Shown here piece by piece: positions 58,990 through 64,000 of a stretch of 64,000 nucleotides of DNA. Under the pieces are notes generated by a model. That model made no database searches. It was not told where the DNA came from and saw only the letters and a program-made list of their open reading frames with translations. The position numbers were made by a program, and so were the translations under genes. The stretch is from Carcharhinus longimanus (lineage: Eukaryota), in the NCBI GenBank assembly GCA_030264375.1, contig JASCQW010000132.1, forward strand, positions 67,393,552-67,457,551, given 5' to 3'. The stretch's first letter is position 1; the number at the start of each line of letters is the position of its first letter.

Positions 58990-60450
58990 GACCAGAGGGA
59001 GGGCTCTCAGGTTCTTGGATGTGGCACTGGAGGCTTTAGGGATAGAGGTAAAATGGTGAGAGAATGGATATGTCCACAGTATGACATGAGATCCTCAAAG
59101 CGTACCTTCCCAAGGGAATAACAATAAATCCATGAGTCGGGTTTTGAAGACCTGGTTACAGATCTGCAAAATATTCAGTAACCTCAAACGAGTGGTAATA
59201 TTCAAAGAATGTACCTTCTATGATATTTCCTATCCACCAGACTACTAACCTCTCATTGAGCTCAATGCATCACATCTGTATCACTGACTCAGCAGTAATT
59301 AGTACTCACACCCAACATTCAGATACTCCACCTCATCCTCACTTTCATACCAATGCTAGCCTTACACTAACCTCTCGCAGCTTTCACAAACATCTTGCTT
59401 ATTTAACTGTGGCAGGCATGTCATCCAAACATGTTGGTCTGCACTCACCGATAGTCGTCTCTCTCTCTTGGAGGACAAGATCGAACGTATTAGGAAGTAG
59501 CAGCAGAGAGNNNNNNNNNNNNNNNNNNNNNNNNNNNNNNNNNNNNNNNNNNNNNNNNNNNNNNNNNNNNNNNNNNNNNNNNNNNNNNNNNNNNNNNNNN
59601 NNNNNNNNNNTTGGTCTGCACTCACCGATAGTCTTCTCTCTCTCTTGGAGGACAAGATCGAACATATTAGGAAGTAGCAGCAGAGAGCCAAGAGGGTCAG
59701 ACATGCCTGCATCGCCTAAACTCTTTGAAGGAGGCAGTATTCCACATCATTGGCCCACAGTTATTGGGGCTTTCATGTCTGGCATTGCAGAGAACAATGA
59801 GGATGATGTGTTCCTGCCATATGAACGTTCTCAAATTCCACTTCACACTTATCTTGCTACCTGGCATGAAGTAATGTTGTGGCCACAGACATCTTGTGTT
59901 CCAGTCAAACTTTATTTCAACCCTCCCCTTATGCATTTTTGCTTTTGTCCTTTCAGATATCCAAGGTTTGTTACCTCGTCAGCTAGTACAGCCTCACTTT
60001 GAAAGACACAAGCAGCTGATAAAGAAGCACTTGATCTGATATTTACAGCCAGCAGCTCTGGCACTGCCCATACATTTGTGAGTAGTATAGATCAGCGCTT
60101 GGTAAATTACTGATCGTGAGTGGGCTTTGGCCAGAGGAGGGAGAAAAGGTGGCACGTATGACAGCTCCTCACAGGAAAAGATCACAATGAATTTTGCTAC
60201 AAAGTATTCAGATATGTACTTTCCAGACTGTTAGTGAGGGCCATCTCCATGACAACCTGTTTGAACCAGCCATGATGGAGCATCTGGTAGCAAATACTCA
60301 GCACAAGGAAGCTCAGATGGAGGTCCTGAGATCCATACTTGTTGCCATGCAAGCCCAGCGTTGTGTCGTGCAGACTGTTGTCATCATGGTTGTACTAATG
60401 TTCAAAGATTCTCATCTTTGTCCAGAAATCTGTGCTTTAATACATTACTA
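58990..60450 (+). pseudogene. Second Harbinger-family spliced Myb/SANT-like gene remnant
   Basis: RGRALRFLDVALEALGIEVK..RSSKRTF..SRVLKTWLQICKIFSNLKRVV; exon 2 DKIEHIRK*QQR..QTCLHRLNSLKEAVFHIIG; later MMEHLVANTQ..MEVLRSILVAMQAQ. Confidence 0.7.
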
Positions 60451-60539
60451 AAATTGCTGATGTACTGCCCTGAGAGAGTGGCTATGGCTACAAACTCAGT
60501 GGCATCCTGTCCTCTTTCGGGATGACAGCATTCGTTCTC

Positions 60540-60866
60540 TCACCACTGCCACTTGCACTGCAGCAATTTACCAAAGATCCTTTAGACAGCACCTTCCAAA
60601 CCCACAACCACTTCCATTTAGAAGGACAAGGGCAGCAGATACATGGGAGCACCTCCACCTGCAAGTTCCCCTCCAAGCCACTCACCATCCTGACTTGGAA
60701 ATATATTGTCGTTCCTTTGCAGTTGCTGGGTCAAAATCCTGGAATTCCCTCCCTAACGGCACTGTGGGTCAACTAACAGCATGTGGACTGCAGCAATTCA
60801 AGAAGGCAACTCACCACCATCTTCTCAATAAATGTTGGCCACTCATGTCCCACAAATGAATAAAAA
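60540..60866 (+). mobile_element. LINE 3' end (CR1/L2-group)
   Basis: cttagacagcaccttccaaaccc...ccactcaccatcctgacttggaaatatat...gtcccacaaatgaataaaaa. Confidence 0.8.
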
Positions 60867-61429
60867 CTCTACTAATGCCCTTACTGTTGCCTTTCAGCCA
60901 GCCAGCCCAGACTGCTACTGCCCATGATGCTGAGATGGTACAGTCTGAAAGTGGACCCTCAAAACCAGCTCAATGTCATTCTGCACAGTCAATTAAGTTT
61001 CTCCTCCAGGATGTTGATGGTGGGGGATTCAGTGATAATAGCAATACTACTAAGTATCAAAGGAAATGCATAAGATTCTGTCTTGTTGCAGATGGCCTTT
61101 GCCTGGTACATGTGTGGCACAAATGTTACTTATGCTATTGGACAAAGTTGTTATTGAATGCTCTTTTTGGTAGTGGCTTTTACTTCAGGATGTTAGCCAA
61201 GAGGACTTTGTGATACTGAATAGCAGAGAATTGAAATGTGGGTGAGCATTTGTGCAATGTGATATGGAGATAAGATTTTAGGAGAACCAGAATTTCATTA
61301 GTCACTCTGAGACATACCATCTGGAGGTGTCCTTTGAAGACCTGGCAATGGCTGCATCACCATGACAATGAGGCTGTGGAAGATACAGAACATCATCACA
61401 AACTTGAAGGAGGAATGGGCACACGGTTA

Positions 61430-61830
61430 AATTAGTTTAGCAGGCTTTCCAATGGTGCAGGGGGCCCTTGACTGCACATGGCTCTGCAGGACCCACATAT
61501 CAATGAGGAGATGTGCCTCAACTAGAAGGGCTACCACTCTATGAGCATTTGTCTGATTTTGCGACCATGTACAGAGAATCAAATGGGTGAATGTCCACTC
61601 TTCTGGCAGGAACCAAGGTGCGGTTTTTCTGTGCCAGTCAACCAACTTTGGACAAGGAACACTCACACTGCACCTGGTTCATGACTCCCTCATGTCACTT
61701 GACCACATGTGAATATTGTGTATCCAGAGGCATAGTGAAGAGGACCACTGGCATCCTCTGCTGCCCAGACAATGGGTAAGACTTCAGTACTGAACAGGTC
61801 ATGCCTCCAAGCATTGGTGGGTACAGCCTT
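61430..61830 (+). pseudogene. HARBI1-like transposase catalytic-core fragment
   Basis: AGFPMVQGALDCT..LN*KGYHSMSICLI(fs)CDHVQRIKWVN..DKEHSHCTWFMTP..IVKRTTGIL matches Harbinger GFP.V.GAIDCTH / NRKG.HS / DKGY..W.MTP / IERT.G.LK. Confidence 0.85.
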
Positions 61831-64000
61831 CTATTGAGACCCCTCTCCCCCTCCATAAAATGAAAGGTGGCTCAATGTATACTGACTAACTTTGATCAGT
61901 TTGCATAACCCTTCTTAACTCAGGTGCGTTAAGTAATGAGATAGAAAAAAACGGAAAAAAGTCATGTGAAGGTCCATCACAACTTTATTGAATACTTTAT
62001 CAAGAAAAACAATATTCAGTCTCTTCACAGGACTCTTCAGTAAACAGTCTCAAATCTACATCAGCTATTTACTTCTGACATTCACTTCTAAGGATTTGCT
62101 ACACCCTATCCATGGGTCCCAAACACTGTATTTGAACTGTTTGTCTGAAAAGACTGATAATACCATTCAATTAGGCTGGGACAGGCTGTTCCTCAGTCTT
62201 TGAGCATCGTCTGATCTTTCTGCGTCATGGAGACAACTAAAAGTTGGCTTCTTTTTGACAGATCTTCACCCTCCTCTGATTTATTTGTCACAGTTTGGCA
62301 CCGTTCCCTTGTGAATCCAAAAATATTTCTAAATTCCACAAGATACATAACATATAACAATCAACACAGCAGTTCGACTAACTCTGCAGCAGAACAAGTA
62401 CCTCACCTGGAAGTCCCATAGTGATCCTTTTGAGCTTCAGTAATTTTCAGCTCAACACATTCTCAGCTAGTAGTCAGTCTGGATAATTCAGGGAACTCAT
62501 TGCTTACATCTTTCTACACTTAAACCTACTGTACAACTAACCTTAGGAAAGCAGGCTTATACAGCAGAGAAAATAGACTGCAAGACCACCGACATCCACC
62601 GTGACCCATCTACAAGTAATGCCTTCTGCCCCAACTGCTGACTTCCTATTTTTCCAACCCTCCCCCCCCCACACCAAAACTCCCCTCACCCTGCAGCTGC
62701 CTTGCGGCCTCTGCCTCCCCTGGACTCCCTGGTGATTAGCAGAGACAGTGGTGCTCATCTCCTCCTCCCTCTTGAAGGTCATGGCACCTTGATGCGATTT
62801 TTAAAAAGCAGTAATGATTCACTCCAATGTGAGACCACAGCTGGTGCATGAGAAGATTCATTGAGGGCTGAAGATGTGATGTTCTGCCCGCTAAGTATAA
62901 TAACTGATACAAATTCATGCAAATCAGATTCATGCCCTTCCCAGGAGTAAACCTGATCGTGTCATCGGAGGAGGGCTGGGAAGAAAGCAATCTGAAATCT
63001 TGCCGGTGCAAATCCATATTTTGGCCTCTCACAAGATACAGCGGCCATTATGGGTTTGGTGCTTGTGGCTAACAAGGCTGCTGGATCATCTCCCAAGTAA
63101 CAGACGTCACACTAAATGTCAAGACCATGAAAAATGCTGAAGTTATTGCAGAAGAAAGTCAATTCATAGCGGATGTGAGTTTAAAGGGCAATTTGTTATC
63201 CTTGAAATTTGGAATAATATTAAAGAGAAAAGTAATGTAAATGATTATGGCACATAGACAACAGAAAAGGAGAATAGCTCATATTTAAATTGGCTGTGAG
63301 TTCCCCGATGCTAGCATCAAATAAGGAATCTCAAAAATTACTCAAAAATATATCACCTTTGTGGTTATTACCAAATTCTTACACATGACAAATACCTTTC
63401 TCCTTTGACAGTAAGAAAATGCTGTTTGGGAGCAGGGACAATATCTAATGAGCGCAGACAAGATAATGCTGTGTCATGACTATAACATCATTAATATTCA
63501 ATTGAAGAATTGATGTAATTTTAATGTAGGTACAGTTTTATTGTTTCACAGTTGGAATGGATAGATTTAAAGATGTAATGCAGGTGGTGTTTGCTTTCAT
63601 CACAGAATCCTGAAGGTCAAATGATCTTATGACCTTCCTCCACTAGGTAATACAGGCTGTGCTCTAAGTAGTTACTGAATCAAAATGGAATTTTTAACCT
63701 GACTGTAAGACTGAAAGTGCTGGGGTTAAACCACAATTGGTCAAATGACAGTTAGCTAAGTAGGAGGAAAGCAACTGCAATTAATGGTTTCAAACTGACA
63801 GATTTATTGAAAACAATTATTAATCTGTTCTTTGCAAATAGAATAATATATGTAAATAAATTATCATCCACATAGCTGGTTGGCTAGAACGCACACCACT
63901 GTACAATTGGTAAACCGTTCTGATATCTAAATGGCAACTTGCTAACTGCCTAGAACATAAATAAATGAGTTATTATTTGCCCAATAAACAAGGTGATAAG

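Noticed and set aside
59434-59687. 77-bp direct repeat flanking a 100-N gap
   Set aside because: Two mismatches and a round-number gap indicate unmerged allelic contig ends (assembly artefact).

Overview
Repeat-dense, gappy vertebrate genomic DNA, most likely from a shark or other elasmobranch. This is inferred from recognisable HE1-type and Deu-domain SINEs, CR1 LINEs with (ttctatg)n-like tails and short Penelope-derived elements. I could not identify any intact protein-coding gene; the long ORFs in the track are N-gap artefacts or repeat-derived. The window is a graveyard of decayed mobile elements: CR1, Rex1/Babar, RTE, L2 and Penelope retroelements; several PIF/Harbinger elements (HARBI1-like transposase and spliced Myb/SANT-like gene remnants) plus GC-rich MITEs; a retrovirus-like pol remnant (RNase H + integrase); a Ty1/Copia RNase H fragment; and a Gypsy gag fragment. 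The most unusual item is a decayed minus-strand element at ~15630-20515 (about 3 kb once younger insertions are removed). It appears to encode a frameshifted Ngaro/DIRS-type tyrosine recombinase preceded not by RT/RNase H but by an array of diverged coding-like repeats. Several short templated local duplications and an inverted-repeat-bounded patchwork also occur. All family assignments come from manual translation and recalled motifs, not database searches. Most boundaries are approximate (about +/-20-50 bp).
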